Assembly (NCBI GenBank): GCA_964016885.1
Contig: OZ024744.1
Location: forward strand, 30,008,001 to 30,072,000
Length of the DNA stretch: 64,000 bases
DNA from: Eledone cirrhosa
Lineage: Eukaryota
Direction: 5' to 3'
The notes beneath the pieces were generated by a model that saw only the letters and a program-made list of their open reading frames with translations, was not told the origin of the DNA and did no database searches. Positions within the stretch are counted from its first letter, which is position 1. The number at the start of each line of letters is the position of its first letter. The position numbers and the translations under genes are program-made. Of this stretch, positions 1-15,000 are shown piece by piece.

Positions 1-3000
1 TTGTTGTTGTTTTTGTTGGTACTGTTGTTGCTGTTATTGTTGTTGTTTTTGTTGGTACTGTTGTTGCTAGTATTGTCGTTGTTGTTTTTGTTTTTGTTGA
101 TACTGTTGTTACTGTTGTTGCTGTTATTGTTGTTGTTTTTGTTGGTACTGTTGTTGCTGTTATTGTTGTTATTGTTGTTGTCTTTGTTGGTACTGTTGTT
201 ACTGTTATTGTTGTTGTTGTTGTTGTTTTTGTTGATACTGTTGTTGCTGTTATTGTTGTTATTGTTGTTATTGTTGTTGTTTTTGTTGGTACTGTTCTTA
301 CTGTTATTGTTGTTGTTTTTGTTGGTACTGTTGTTGCTGTTATTGTTGTTATTGTTGTTGTCTTTGTTGGTACTGTTGGTGCTGTTATTGTTGTTATTGT
401 TGTTTTTTTTGTTGGTACTGTTGTTGCTGTTATTGTTGTTGTTTTTGTTGGTACTGTTGTTGCTGTTATTGTTGTTATTGTTGTTGTCTTTGTTGGTACT
501 GTTGGTGCTGTTATTGTTGTTATTGTTGTTGTTTTTGTTGGTACTGTTGTTGCTGGCATTATTGTTATTGTTGTTGTTTTTGTTGTTACTTTTGTTACTG
601 TTAGTGTTGTTGTTGTTGTTGTTTGTGTTGGTACTGTTGTTACTGTTATTTTTGTTGCTATTGTTGTTTTTGTTGTTACTGTTGTTGCTGTTATTGTTGT
701 TGTTGTTGTTGTTGTTTTTATTGGTACTGATATTGCCGTTATTGTTGTTGTTTTTGTGTGTACTGCTTTTGCGGGTATTGTTGTTATTGTTGTTGTTTTT
801 CTTGATACTGTTGTTGCTGGTTTGTTGTTATTGTTGTTGTTTTCGTTGGTACTGTTGTTGCTGTTATTGTTGTTATTGTTGTTTTTGTTGGTACTGTTGT
901 TGCTGTTATTGTTGTCATTGTTGTTGTTTTTGTTGGTACTGTTGTTACTGGTATTGTTGTTATTGTTGTTGTTTTTGTTGGTACTGTTGTTGATGTTATT
1001 GTTGTTGTTGTTTTTGTTGGTACTGTTGTTGTTGTTTTTGTTGTTATTGTTGTTAATGTTATGTTTTTTGTTGATACTGTTGTTGCTGTTATTGTTGTTA
1101 TTGTTGTTGTACTTGTTGGTACTGTTGTTACTGTTATTGTTGTTGTTGTTTTTGTTGGTACTGTTGTTGCTCTTAATGTTGTTATTGCTGTTATTTTTGT
1201 TGATACTGTTGTTGCTGTTATTGTTGTTGTTGTTGTTTTTGTTGGTACTGTTGTTAATGTTATTGTTGTTATTGTTGTTGTTTTTGTTGGTATTGCTGTT
1301 GCTTGTATTGTTGTTATTGTTGTTGTTTTTGCTGGTACTGTTGTTGCGGTTTTCGTTGTCGTTGTTGTTGTTTTTGTTAGTACTGTTGTTACAGTTAATG
1401 TTGTCGTTGTTGTTGTTTTTGTTGATACTGGTATTGTTGTTATTGTTGTTGTTTTTGTTGGTACTGTTGTTGCTGTTATTGTTGTTGTTGTTATTTTTGT
1501 TGATACTGTTGTTGCTGGTATTTTTTGTTGCTGTTGTTGTTGTTTTTGTTGGTACTGTTGTTGTTGTTATACTTGTTGTTGTTGTTGTTTTTGTTGATAC
1601 TGTTGTTGCTGGTATTGTTGTTATTGTTGTTGTTTTTGTTGGTACTGTTGTTGCTGGTATTGTTGTTGCTGTTGTTGTTTTTGTTGATACTGTTGTTACT
1701 GTTATTGTTGTTATTGTAGTTGTTTTTGTTGGTACTGTTGTTGCTGTTATTGTTGTTATTGCTGTTGTTTTTGTTGGTACTGTTGTTACTGTTATTGTTG
1801 TTATTGTTGTTGTTTTTGTTGGTACTGTTGTTACTGTTATTGTTGTTGTTGTTGTTATTGTTGTTGTTGATACTATTGTTGCTGTTATTGTTGTTATTGT
1901 TGTTATTGTTGTTGTTTTTGTTGGTACTGTTGTTGCTGGTATTGTTGTTATTGTTGTTGTTTTTGTTGTTACTTTTGTTACTGTTATTGTTGTTGTTGTT
2001 GTTGTTTTTGTTGGTACTGTTGTTAATGTTATTATTGTTGCTATTGTTGTTTTTGTTGTTACCGTTGTTGCTGTTATTGTTGTTGTTGTTGTTGTTGTTT
2101 TTGTTGGTACTGATATTGCTGTTATTATTGTTATTGTTGTTGTTTTTGTTGGTACTGTTGTTGCGGGTATTTTTGTTGTTGTTGTTGTTTTTGTTGGTAC
2201 TGTTGTTGCTGGTATAGTTGTTATTGTTGTTGTTTTTGTTGATACTGGTGTAGCTGTTATTGTTGTTGTTGTTGTTGTTTTTGTTGGTACTGTTATTGCT
2301 GTTATTGTTGTTATTGCTGTTGTATTTGTTGGTACTGTCGTTGCTGGTATTGTTGATATTGTTGTTGTTTTTTTGTTGGTACTGTTTTTGCTGGTATTGT
2401 TGTTATTTTTGTCGATTTTCTTGGTACTGTTGTTGTTTTTGTTGTTATTGTTGTTGTTTTTGTTGATACTGTTGTTGCTGTTATTGTTGTTATTGTTGTT
2501 GTTTTTGTTGGTACTGTTGTTGGTGTTATTATTTTTGTTGTTGTTGTTTTTGTTGGTACTGTTGTTACTGTTATTGTTGTTGTTGTTTTTGTTGGTACTG
2601 TTGTTGTTGTTTTTGTTGTTATTGTTGTTATTGTTGTTGTTTTTGTTGGTACTGTTGTTACTGTTATTGTTGTTGTTGTTTTTGTTGGTACTGTTGTTGC
2701 TGGTATAGTTGTTATTGTTGTTGTTTTTGTTGATACTGTTGTAGCTGTTATTGTTGTTGTTGTTGTTGTTTTTGTTGGTACTGTTATTGCTGTTATTGTT
2801 GTTATTGCTGTTGTATTTGTTGGTACTGTCGTTGCTGGTATTGTTGTTATTGTTGTTGTTTTTTTGTTGGTACTGTTTTTGCTGGTATTGTTGTTATTTT
2901 TGTCGATTTTCTTGGTACTGTTGTTGTTTTTGTTGTTATTGTTGTTGTTTTTGTTGATACTGTTGTTGCTGTTATTGTTGTTATTGTTGTTGTTTTTGTT

Positions 3001-6000
3001 GGTACTGTTGTTGCTGGTATTGTTGTTATTGTTGTTGTTTTTGTTGATACTGTTGTTACTGTTATTGTTGTCGTTGTTGTTGTTTTTGTTGATACTGTTG
3101 TTGCTGGTATTTTTTGTGGCTGTTGTTGTTGTTTTCGTTGGTACTGTTGTTGCTGTTATTGTTGTTGTTGTTGTTGTTTGTGTTGGTACTGGTGTTACTG
3201 TTATTGTTGTTTTTGTTGTTGTTTTGTTGGTACTGTTGTTGCTGTTATTGTTGTTATTGTTGTTGTTTTTGTTGATACTGTTGTTGCTGGTATTGTTGTT
3301 GCTGTTGTTGTTTTTATTGATACTGCTGTTACTGTTATTGTTGTTATTGTTGTTGTTTTTGTTGGTACTGTTGTTACTGTTATTGTTGTCGTTGTTGTTG
3401 TTTTTGTTGATACTGTTGTTGCTGTTATTGTTGTTATTGTTGTTACTGTTGTTGTTTTTGTTGGTACTGTTGGTGCTGTTATTGTTGTTATTGTTGTTGT
3501 TTTTGTCGGTACTGTTGTTGCTGGCATTGTTGTTATTGTTGTTGTTTTTGTTGTTACTTTTATTACTGTTATTGTTGTTGTTGTTGTTTGTGTTGGTACT
3601 GTTGTTACTGTTATTTTTGTTGCTATTGTTATTTTTGTTGTTACTGTTGTTGCTGTTATTGTTGTTGTTGTTGTTGTTGTTTTTATTGGTACTGATATTG
3701 CCGTTATTGTTGTTATTGTTGTTGTTTTTGTTTGTACTGCTTTTGCGGGTATTGTTGTTATAGTTGTTGTTTTTGTTGGTACTGTTGTTGCTGGTATTGT
3801 TGTTGCTGTTGTTGTTTTTGTTGATACTGTTGTTACTGTTATTGTTGTTATTGTAGTTGTTTTTGTTGGTACTGTTGTTGCTGTTATTGTTGTTATTGCT
3901 GTTGTTTTTGTTGGTACTGTTGTTACTGTTATTGTTGTTATTGTTGTTGTTTTTGTTGGTACTGTTGTTACTGTTATTGTTGTTGTTGTTGTTATTGTTG
4001 TTGTTGATACTATTGTTGCTGTTATTGTTGTTATTGTTGTTATTGTTGTTGTTTTTGTTGGTACTGTTGTTGCTGGTATTGTTGTTATTGTTGTTGTTTT
4101 TGTTGTTACTTTTGTTACTGTTATTGTTGTTGTTGTTTTTGTTGGTACTGTTGTTAATGTTATTATTGTTGCTATTGTTGTTTTTGTTGTTACCGTTGTT
4201 GCTGTTATTGTTGTTGTTGTTGTTGTTGTTTTTGTTGGTACTGATATTGCTGTTATTATTGTTATTGTTGTTGTTTTTGTTGGTACAGTTGTTGCGGGTA
4301 TTTTTGTTGTTGTTGTTTTTGTTGGTACTGTTGTTGCTGGTATAGTTGTTATTGTTGTTGTTTTTGTTGGTACTGTTGTTGCTGGTATTGTTGTTATTGT
4401 TGTTGTTTTTGTTGATACTGTTGTTGCTGGTATTGTTGTTATTGTTGTTGTTTTTGTTGGTACTGTTGTTGCTGGTATTGTTGTTATTGTTGTTGTTTTT
4501 GTTGATACTGTTGTTACTGTTATTGTTGTCGTTGTTGTTGTTTTTGTTGATACTGTTGTTGCTGGTATTTTTTGTGGCTGTTGTTGTTGTTTTCGTTGGT
4601 ACTGTTGTTGCTGTTATTGTTGTTGTTGTTGTTGTTTGTCTTGGTACTGGTGTTACTGTTATTGTTGTTTTTGTTGTTGTTTTGTTGGTACTGTTGTTGC
4701 TGGTATTGTTGTTATTGTTGTTGTTTTTGTTGTTACTTTTGTTACTGTTATTGTTGTTGTTGTTGTTGTTTTTGTTGGTACTGTTGTTACTGTTATTATT
4801 GTTGCTATTGTTGTTTTTGTTGTTATTGTTGTTGCTGTTATTGTTGTTGTTGTTGTTGTTATTGTTGATACTGTTGTAGCTGTTATTGTTGTTGTTGTTG
4901 TTGTTTTTGTTGGTACTGTTATTGCTGTTATTGTTGTTATTGCTGTTGTATTTGTTGGTACTGTCGTTGCTGGTATTGTTGTTATTGTTGTTGTTTTTTT
5001 GTTGGTACTGTTTTTGCTGGTATTGTTGTTATTTTTGTCGATTTTCTTGGTACTGTTGTTGTTTTTGTTGTTATTGTTGTTGTTTTTGTTGATACTGTTG
5101 TTGATGTTATTGTTGTTATTGTTGTTGTTTTTGTTGGTACTGTTGTTGCTTGTATTGTTGTTATTGTTGTTGTTTTTGTTGGTACTGTTGTTGCTGTTAT
5201 TATTTTTGTTGTTGTTGTTTTTGTTGGTACTGTTGTTACTGTTATTGTTGTTGTTGTTTTTGTTGGTACTGTTGTTGTTGTTTTTGTTGTTATTGTTGTT
5301 ATTGTTGTTGTTTTTGTTGGTACTGTTGTTACTGTTATTGTTGTTGTTGTCTTTGTTGGTACTGTTGTTGCTGGTATAGTTGTTATTGTTGTTGTTTTTG
5401 TTGATACTGTTGTAGCTGTTATTGTTGTTGTTGTTGTTGTTTTTGTTGGTACTGTTATTGCTGTTATTGTTGTTATTGCTGTTGTATTTGTTGGTACTGT
5501 CGTTGCTGGTATTGTTGTTATTGTTGTTGTTTTTTTGTTGGTACTGTTTTTGCTGGTATTGTTGTTATTTTTGTCGATTTTCTTGGTACTGTTGTTGTTT
5601 TTGTTGTTATTGTTGTTGTTTTTGTTGATACTGTTGTTGCTGTTATTGTTGTTATTGTTGTTGTTTTTGTTGGTACTGTTGTTGCTGGTATTGTTGTTAT
5701 TGTTGTTGTTTTTGTTGATACTGTTGTTACTGTTATTGTTGTCGTTGTTGTTGTTTTTGTTGATACTGTTGTTGCTGGTATTTTTTGTGGCTGTTGTTGT
5801 TGTTTTCGTTGGTACTGTTGTTGCTGTTATTGTTGTTGTTGTTGTTGTTTGTCTTGGTACTGGTGTTACTGTTATTGTTGTTTTTGTTGTTGTTTTGTTG
5901 GTACTGTTGTTGCTGTTATTGTTGTTATTGTTGTTGTTTTTGTTGATACTGTTGTTGCTGGTATTGTTGTTGCTGTTGTTGTTTTTATTGATACTGCTGT

Positions 6001-9000
6001 TACTGTTATTGTTGTTATTGTTGTTGTTTTTGTTGGTACTGTTGTTACTGTTATTGTTGTCGTTGTTGTTGTTTTTGTTGATACTGTTGTTGCTGTTATT
6101 GTTGTTATTGTTGTTATTGTTGTTGTTTTTGTTGGTACTGTTGGTGCTGTTATTGTTGTTATTGTTGTTGTTTTTGTCGGTACTGTTGTTGCTGGCATTG
6201 TTGTTATTGTTGTTGTTTTTGTTGTTACTTTTATTACTGTTATTGTTGTTGTTGTTGTTTGTGTTGGTACTGTTGTTACTGTTATTTTTGTTGCTATTGT
6301 TGTTTTTGTTGTTACTGTTGTTGCTGTTATTGTTGTTGTTGTTGTTGTTGTTTTTATTGGTACTGATATTGCCGTTATTGTTGTTATTGTTGTTGTTTTT
6401 GTTTGTACTGCTTTTGCGGGTATTGTTGTTATAGTTGTTGTTTTTGTTGGTACTGTTGTTGCTGTTATTGTTGTTATTGCTGTTGTTTTTGTTGGTACTG
6501 TTGTTACTGTTATTGTTGTTATTGTTGTTGTTTTTGTTGGTACTGTTGTTATTGTTATTGTTGTTGTTGTTGTTGTTGTTGTTTTTGTTGATACTGTTGT
6601 TGCTTTTATTGTTGTTATTGTTGTTATTGTTGTTGGTACTGTTGTTGCTGGTATTGTTGTTATTGTTGTTGTTTTTGTTGTTACTTTTGTTACTGTTATT
6701 GTTGTTGTTGTTGTTGTTTTTGTTGGTACTGTTGTTACTGTTATTATTGTTGCTATTGTTGTTTTTGTTGTTATTGTTGTTGCTGTTATTGTTGTTGTTG
6801 TTGTTGTTATTGTTGATACTGTTGTAGCTGTTATTGTTGTTGTTGTTGTTGTTTTGTTGGTACTGTTATTGCTGTTATTGTTGTTATTGCTGTTGTATTT
6901 GTTGGTACTGTCGTTGCTGGTATTGTTGTTATTGTTGTTTTTTTTTGTTGGTACTGTTTTTGCTGGTATTGTTGTTATTTTTGTTGATTTTCTTGGTTCT
7001 GTTGTTGTTTTTGTTGTTATTGTTGTTGTTTTTGTTGATACTGTTGTTGCTGTTATTGTTGTTGTTTTTGTTGGTACTGTTGTTGCTGTTATTGTTGTTA
7101 TTGTTGTTGTTTTTGTTGATACTGTTGTTGCTGGTATTGTTGTTGCTGTTGTTGTTTTTATTGATACTGCTGTTACTGTTATTGTTGTTATTGTTGTTGT
7201 TTTTGTTGGTACTGTTGTTACTGTTATTGTTGTCGTTGTTGTTGTTTTTGTTGATACTGTTGTTGCTGTTATTGTTGTTATTGTTGTTACTGTTGTTGTT
7301 TTTGTTGGTACTGTTGGTGCTGTTATTGTTGTTATTGTTGTTGTTTTTGTCGGTACTGTTGTTGCTGGCATTGTTGTTATTGTTGTTGTTTTTGTTGTTA
7401 CTTTTATTACTGTTATTGTTGTTGTTGTTGTTTGTGTTGGTACTGTTGTTACTGTTATTTTTGTTGCTATTGTTATTTTTGTTGTTACTGTTGTTGCTGT
7501 TATTGTTGTTGTTGTTGTTGTTGTTTTTATTGGTACTGATATTGCCGTTATTGTTGTTATTGTTGTTGTTTTTGTTTGTACTGCTTTTGCGGGTATTGTT
7601 GTTATAGTTGTTGTTTTTGTTGGTACTGTTGTTGCTGGTATTGTTGTTGCTGTTGTTGTTTTTGTTGATACTGTTGTTACTGTTATTGTTGTTATTGTAG
7701 TTGTTTTTGTTGGTACTGTTGTTGCTGTTATTGTTGTTATTGCTGTTGTTTTTGTTGGTACTGTTGTTACTGTTATTGTTGTTATTGTTGTTGTTTTTGT
7801 TGGTACTGTTGTTACTGTTATTGTTGTTGTTGTTGTTATTGTTGTTGTTGATACTATTGTTGCTGTTATTGTTGTTATTGTTGTTATTGTTGTTGTTTTT
7901 GTTGGTACTGTTGTTGCTGGTATTGTTGTTATTGTTGTTGTTTTTGTTGTTACTTTTGTTACTGTTATTGTTGTTGTTGTTGTTTTTGTTGGTACTGTTG
8001 TTAATGTTATTATTGTTGCTATTGTTGTTTTTGTTGTTACCGTTGTTGCTGTTATTGTTGTTGTTGTTGTTGTTGTTTTTGTTGGTACTGATATTGCTGT
8101 TATTATTGTTATTGTTGTTGTTTTTGTTGGTACAGTTGTTGCGGGTATTTTTGTTGTTGTTGTTTTTGTTGGTACTGTTGTTGCTGGTATAGTTGTTATT
8201 GTTGTTGTTTTTGTTGGTACTGTTGTTGCTGGTATTGTTGTTATTGTTGTTGTTTTTGTTGATACTGTTGTTGCTGGTATTGTTGTTATTGTTGTTGTTT
8301 TTGTTGGTACTGTTGTTGCTGGTATTGTTGTTATTGTTGTTGTTTTTGTTGATACTGTTGTTACTGTTATTGTTGTCGTTGTTGTTGTTTATGTTGATAC
8401 TGTTGTTGCTGGTATTTTTTGTGGCTGTTGTTGTTGTTTTCGTTGGTACTGTTGTTGCTGTTATTGTTGTTGTTGTTGTTGTTTGTCTTGGTACTGGTGT
8501 TACTGTTATTGTTGTTTTTGTTGTTGTTTTGTTGGTACTGTTGTTGCTGGTATTGTTGTTATTGTTGTTGTTTTTGTTGTTACTTTTGTTACTGTTATTG
8601 TTGTTGTTGTTGTTTTTGTTGGTACTGTTGTTACTGTTATTATTGTTGCTATTGTTGTTTTTGTTGTTATTGTTGTTGCTGTTATTGTTGTTGTTGTTGT
8701 TGTTATTGTTGATACTGTTGTAGCTGTTATTGTTGTTGTTGTTGTTGTTTTTGTTGGTACTGTTATTGCTGTTATTGTTGTTATTGCTGTTGTATTTGTT
8801 GGTACTGTCGTTGCTGGTATTGTTGTTATTGTTGTTGTTTTTTTGTTGGTACTGTTTTTGCTGGTATTGTTGTTATTTTTGTCGATTTTCTTGGTACTGT
8901 TGTTGTTTTTGTTGTTATTGTTGTTGTTTTTGTTGATACTGTTGTTGATGTTATTGTTGTTATTGTTGTTGTTTTTGTTGGTACTGTTGTTGCTTGTATT

Positions 9001-12000
9001 GTTGTTATTGTTGTTGTTTTTGTTGGTACTGTTGTTGCTGTTATTATTTTTGTTGTTGTTGTTTTTGTTGGTACTGTTGTTACTGTTATTGTTGTTGTTG
9101 TTTTTGTTGGTACTGTTGTTGTTGTTTTTGTTGTTATTGTTGTTATTGTTGTTGTTTTTGTTGGTACTGTTGTTACTGTTATTGTTGTTGTTGTCTTTGT
9201 TGGTACTGTTGTTGCTGGTATAGTTGTTATTGTTGTTGTTTTTGTTGATACTGTTGTAGCTGTTATTGTTGTTGTTGTTGTTGTTTTTGTTGGTACTGTT
9301 ATTGCTGTTATTGTTGTTATTGCTGTTGTATTTGTTGGTACTGTCGTTGCTGGTATTGTTGTTATTGTTGTTGTTTTTTTTGTTGGTACTGTTTTTGCTG
9401 GTATTGTTGTTATTTTTGTCGATTTTCTTGGTACTGTTGTTGTTTTTGTTGTTATTGTTGTTGTTTTTGTTGATACTGTTGTTGCTGTTATTGTTGTTAT
9501 TGTTGTTGTTTTTGTTGGTACTGTTGTTGCTGGTATTGTTGTTATTGTTGTTGTTTTTGTTGATACTGTTGTTACTGTTATTGTTGTCGTTGTTGTTGTT
9601 TTTGTTGATACTGTTGTTGCTGGTATTTTTTGTGGCTGTTGTTGTTGTTTTCGTTGGTACTGTTGTTGCTGTTATTGTTGTTGTTGTTGTTGTTTGTCTT
9701 GGTACTGGTGTTACTGTTATTGTTGTTTTTGTTGTTGTTTTGTTGGTACTGTTGTTGCTGTTATTGTTGTTATTGTTGTTGTTTTTGTTGATACTGTTGT
9801 TGCTGGTATTGTTGTTGCTGTTGTTGTTTTTATTGATACTGCTGTTACTGTTATTGTTGTTATTGTTGTTGTTTTTGTTGGTACTGTTGTTACTGTTATT
9901 GTTGTCGTTGTTGTTGTTTTTGTTGATACTGTTGTTGCTGTTATTGTTGTTATTGTTGTTATTGTTGTTGTTTTTGTTGGTACTGTTGGTGCTGTTATTG
10001 TTGTTATTGTTGTTGTTTTTGTCGGTACTGTTGTTGCTGGCATTGTTGTTATTGTTGTTGTTTTTGTTGTTACTTTTATTACTGTTATTGTTGTTGTTGT
10101 TGTTTGTGTTGGTACTGTTGTTACTGTTATTTTTGTTGCTATTGTTGTTTTTGTTGTTACTGTTGTTGCTGTTATTGTTGTTGTTGTTGTTGTTGTTTTT
10201 ATTGGTACTGATATTGCCGTTATTGTTGTTATTGTTGTTGTTTTTGTTTGTACTGCTTTTGCGGGTATTGTTGTTATAGTTGTTGTTTTTGTTGGTACTG
10301 TTGTTGCTGTTATTGTTGTTATTGCTGTTGTTTTTGTTGGTACTGTTGTTACTGTTATTGTTGTTATTGTTGTTGTTTTTGTTGGTACTGTTGTTATTGT
10401 TATTGTTGTTGTTGTTGTTGTTGTTGTTTTTGTTGATACTGTTGTTGCTTTTATTGTTGTTATTGTTGTTATTGTTGTTGGTACTGTTGTTGCTGGTATT
10501 GTTGTTATTGTTGTTGTTTTTGTTGTTACTTTTGTTACTGTTATTGTTGTTGTTGTTGTTGTTTTTGTTGGTACTGTTGTTACTGTTATTATTGTTGCTA
10601 TTGTTGTTTTTGTTGTTATTGTTGTTGCTGTTATTGTTGTTGTTGTTGTTGTTATTGTTGATACTGTTGTAGCTGTTATTGTTGTTGTTGTTGTTGTTTT
10701 GTTGGTACTGTTATTGCTGTTATTGTTGTTATTGCTGTTGTATTTGTTGGTACTGTCGTTGCTGGTATTGTTGTTATTGTTGTTTTTTTTTGTTGGTACT
10801 GTTTTTGCTGGTATTGTTGTTATTTTTGTTGATTTTCTTGGTTCTGTTGTTGTTTTTGTTGTTATTGTTGTTGTTTTTGTTGATACTGTTGTTGTTGTTA
10901 TTGTTGTTATTGTTGTTGTTTTTGTTGGTACTGTTGTTGCTTGTATTGTTGTTATTGTTGTTGTTTTTGTTGGTACTGTTGTTGCTGTTATTATTTTTGT
11001 TGTTGTTGTTTTTGTTGGTTCTGTTGTTACTGTTATTGTTGTTGTTGTTTTTGTTGGTACTGTTGTTGCTGTTATTATTTCTGTTGTTGTTGTTTTTGTT
11101 GGTACTGTTGTTACTGTTATTGTTGTTGTTGTTGTTGTTTTTGTTGGTACTGTTGTTGTTGTTTTTGTTGTTATTGTTGTTATTGTTGTGTTTTTTGTTG
11201 ACACCGTTGTTGCTGTTGTTGCTGTTATTTTTGTTATTGTTGCTGTTATTGTTGTTATTGTTGTTGTTTTTGTTGGTACTGTTGTCGCTGTAATTGGTGT
11301 TATTGTTGTTGTTTTTGTTGGTACTGTTGTTGCTGTTATTGTTGTTGCTGTTGTTGTTTTTTGTTGATACTGTTGATAGTTGTTGTTGTTATTGTTGTTG
11401 TTTTTGTTGGTACTATTGTTGCTATTATTATTGTTGTTGTTGTTGTTTTTGTTGGTACTGTTATTGCTGTTACTGTTGTTACTGTTATTGTTGTTATTGT
11501 TTTCTTTTTGTTGGTACTGTTGTTGCTGTTATGGTTGTTGCTGTTATGGTTGTTGTTGTGGTTATTTTTGTTGATACTGTTTTTGCTGGTATTGTTGTTG
11601 CTGTTGTTGTTTTTGTTGATACTGTTGTTACTGTTATTGTTGTTATTGTTGTTGTTTTTGTTGGTACTGTGGTTACTGTTATTGTTGTCGTAGTTGTTGT
11701 TTTTGTTGGTACTGTTGTTACTGTTATTGTTGTTATTGTTTTTATTGTTGTTGTTTTTCTTGATACTGTCGTTGCTGGTATTAAAGTTATTGTTGTTGTT
11801 TTTGTTCGTACTGTTGTTGCTGTTATTGTTGTTATTGTTGTTTTTGTAGGTACTGTTGTTGCTGTTATTGTTGTTGCCGTCGTTGTTTTTGTTGGTACTG
11901 TTGTTGCTGTTATTGTTGTCATTGTTGTTGTTTTTGTTGGTACTGTTATTACTGGTATTGTTGTTATTGTTGTTTTTTTGGTGGTACTGTTGTTGCTGTT

Positions 12001-15000
12001 ATTATTTCTGTTGTTGTTGTTTTTGTTGGTACTGTTGTTACTGTTATTGTTTTGTTGTTGTTGTTTTTGTTGGTACTGTTGTTGTTGTTTTTGTTGTTAT
12101 TGTTGTTATTGTTGTTATTTTTGTTGATTTTGTTGGTACTGTTGTTGCTGTTATTGTTGTTATTGTTGTTGTTTTTGTTGGCACTGTTGTTGCTGGTATT
12201 GTTGTTGTTGTTTTTGTTTTTGTTGATACTGTTGTTACTGTTGTTGCTGTTATTGTTGTTGTTTTTGTTGGTACTGTGGTTGCTGTTATTGTTGTTATTG
12301 TTGTTGTTTTTGTTGGTCCTGTTGTTACTGTTATTGTTGTTTTTGTTGGTACTGTTGTTATTGTTATTGTTGTTGTTGTTGTTGTTGTTGTTTTTGTTGA
12401 TACTGTTGTTGCTTTTATTGTTGTTATTGTTGTTATTGTTGTTGTTTTTGTTGGTACTGTTGTTGCTGGTATTGTTGTTATTGTTGTTGTTTTTGTTGTT
12501 ACTTTTGTTACTGTTATTGTTGTTGTTGTTGTTGTTGTTTTTGTTGGTACTGTTGTTACTGTTATTATTGTTGCTATTGTTGTTTTTGTTGTTATTGTTG
12601 TTGCTGTTATTGTTGTTGTTGTTGTTGTTTTTGTTGATACTGTTGTTGTTGTTATTGTTGTTATTGTTGTTGTTTTTGTTGGTACTGTTGTTGCTTGTAT
12701 TGTTGTTATTGTTGTTGTTTTTGTTGGTACTGTTGTTGCTGTTATTATTTTTGTTGTTGTTGTTTTTGTTGGTTCTGTTGTTACTGTTATTGTTGTTGTT
12801 GTTTTTGTTGGTACTGTTGTTGTTGTTTTTGTTGTTATTGTTGTTATTGTCGTGTTTTTTGTTGATACTGTTGTTGCTGTTATTGTTGTTGTTTTTGTTG
12901 ATACTGTTGTTGCTGTTATTGTTGTTGTTGTTGTTTTTGTTGGTACTGTTGTTACTGTTATTGTTGTTATTGTTGTTGTTTTTGTTGGTACTGTTGTTGC
13001 TTGTATTGTTGTTATTGTTGTTGTTTTTGCTGGTACTGTTTTTGCGGTTATCGTTGTCGTTGTTGTTGTTTTTGTTAGTACTGTTGTTACAGTTAATGTT
13101 GTCCTTGTTGTTGTTTTTGTTGATACTGGTATTATTGTTATTGTTGTTGTTTTTGTTGGTACTGTTGTTGCTGTTATTGTTGTTGTTGTTATTTTTGTTG
13201 ATACTGTTGTTGCTGGTATTTTTTGTTGCTGTTGTTGTTGCTTTTGTTGGCACTGTTGTTGTTGTTATTCTTGTTGTTGTTGTTGTTTTTGTTGATACTG
13301 TTGTTGCTGGTATTATTGTTATTGTTGTTGTTTTCGTTGGTACTGTTGTTGCTGGTATTGTTGTTATTGTTGTTGTTTTTGTTGATACTGTTGTTACTGT
13401 TATTGTTGTCGTTGTTGTTGTTTTTGTTGATACTGTTGTTGCTGGTATTTTTTGTTGCGGTTATTGTTGTCGTTGTTGTTGTTTTTGTTGATATTATTGT
13501 TGCTGTTATTATTGTTATTGTTATGGTTGATACTGTTGTTACTGTTATTGTTGTTATTGTTGTTGTTTTTGTTGGTACTGATGCTACTGTTATTGTTGTT
13601 ATTGTTGTTGTTATTGTTGGTACTGTTGTTACTGTTATTGTTGTTGTTGTTGTTGTTGTTTTTGTTGATACTGCTGTTGCTTTTATTGTTGTTGCTATTG
13701 TTGTTTTTGTTGGTACTGTTGTTGCTATTATTGTTCTTATTTTTGTTGTTTTTGTTGGTACTGTTGTTACTGTTATTGTTGTTGTTGTTGTTTTTGTGTA
13801 TACTATTGTTGCTGTTATTGTTGTTATTGTTGTTGTTTTTGTTGGTACTGTCGTCGCTGTAATTGGTGTTATTGTTGTTGTTTTTGTTGGTACTGTTGTT
13901 GCTGTTATTGTTGTTGCTGTTGTTGTTTTTTGTTGATACTGTTGATAGTTGTTGTTGTTATTGTTGTTGTTTTTGTAGGTACTATTGTTGCTATTATTAT
14001 TGTTGTTGTTGTTGTTTTTGTTGGTACTGTTATTGCTGTTACTGTTGTTATTGTTTTTGTTTTTGTTGGTACTGTTGTTACTGTTATTGTTGTTATTGTT
14101 TTCTTTTTGTTGGTACTGTTGTTGCTGTTATGGTTGTTGCTGTTATGGTTGTTGTTGTGGTTATTTTTGTTGATACTGTTTTTGCTGGTATTGTTGTTGC
14201 TGTTGTTGTTTTTGTTGATACTGTTGTAGGTTATTGTTGTTATTTTTGTTGTTTTTGTTGGTACTGTTGTTACTGTTATTGTTGTTATTGTTGTTGTTTT
14301 TGTTGGTACTGTTGTTACTGTTATTGTTGTTATTGTTTTTATTGTTGTTGTTTTTCTTGATACTGTTGTTGCTGGTATTATAGTTATTGTTGTTGTTTTT
14401 GTTCGTACTGTTGTTGCTGTTATTGTTGTTATTGTTGTTTTTGTAGGTACTGTTGTTGCTGTTATTGTTGTTGTCGTTGTTGTTTTTGTTGGTACTGTTG
14501 TTGCTGTTATTGTTGTCATTGTTGTTGTTTTTGTTGGTACTGTTATTACTGGTATTGTTATTGTTGTTGTTTTTGTTGGTACTGTTGTTACTGTTATTGT
14601 TGTTGTTGTTGTTGTTTTTGTTGGTACTGTTGTTGTTGTTTTTGTTGTTATTGTTGTTATTGTTGTGTTTTTTGTTGACACCGTTGTTGCTGTTGTTGCT
14701 GTTATTTTTGTTATTGTTGCTGTTATTGTTGTTATTGTTGTTGTTTTTGTTGGTACTGTTGTCGCTGTAATTGGTGTTATTGTTGTTGTTTTTGTTGGTA
14801 CTGTTGTTGCTGTTATTGTTGTTGCTGTTGTTGTTTTTTGTTGATACTGTTGATAGTTGTTGTTGTTATTGTTGTTGTTTTTGTTGGTACTATTGTTGCT
14901 ATTATTATTGTTGTTGTTGTTGTTTTTGTTGGTACTGTTATTGCTGTTACTGTTGTTACTGTTATTGTTGTTATTGTTTTCTTTTTGTTGGTACTGTTGT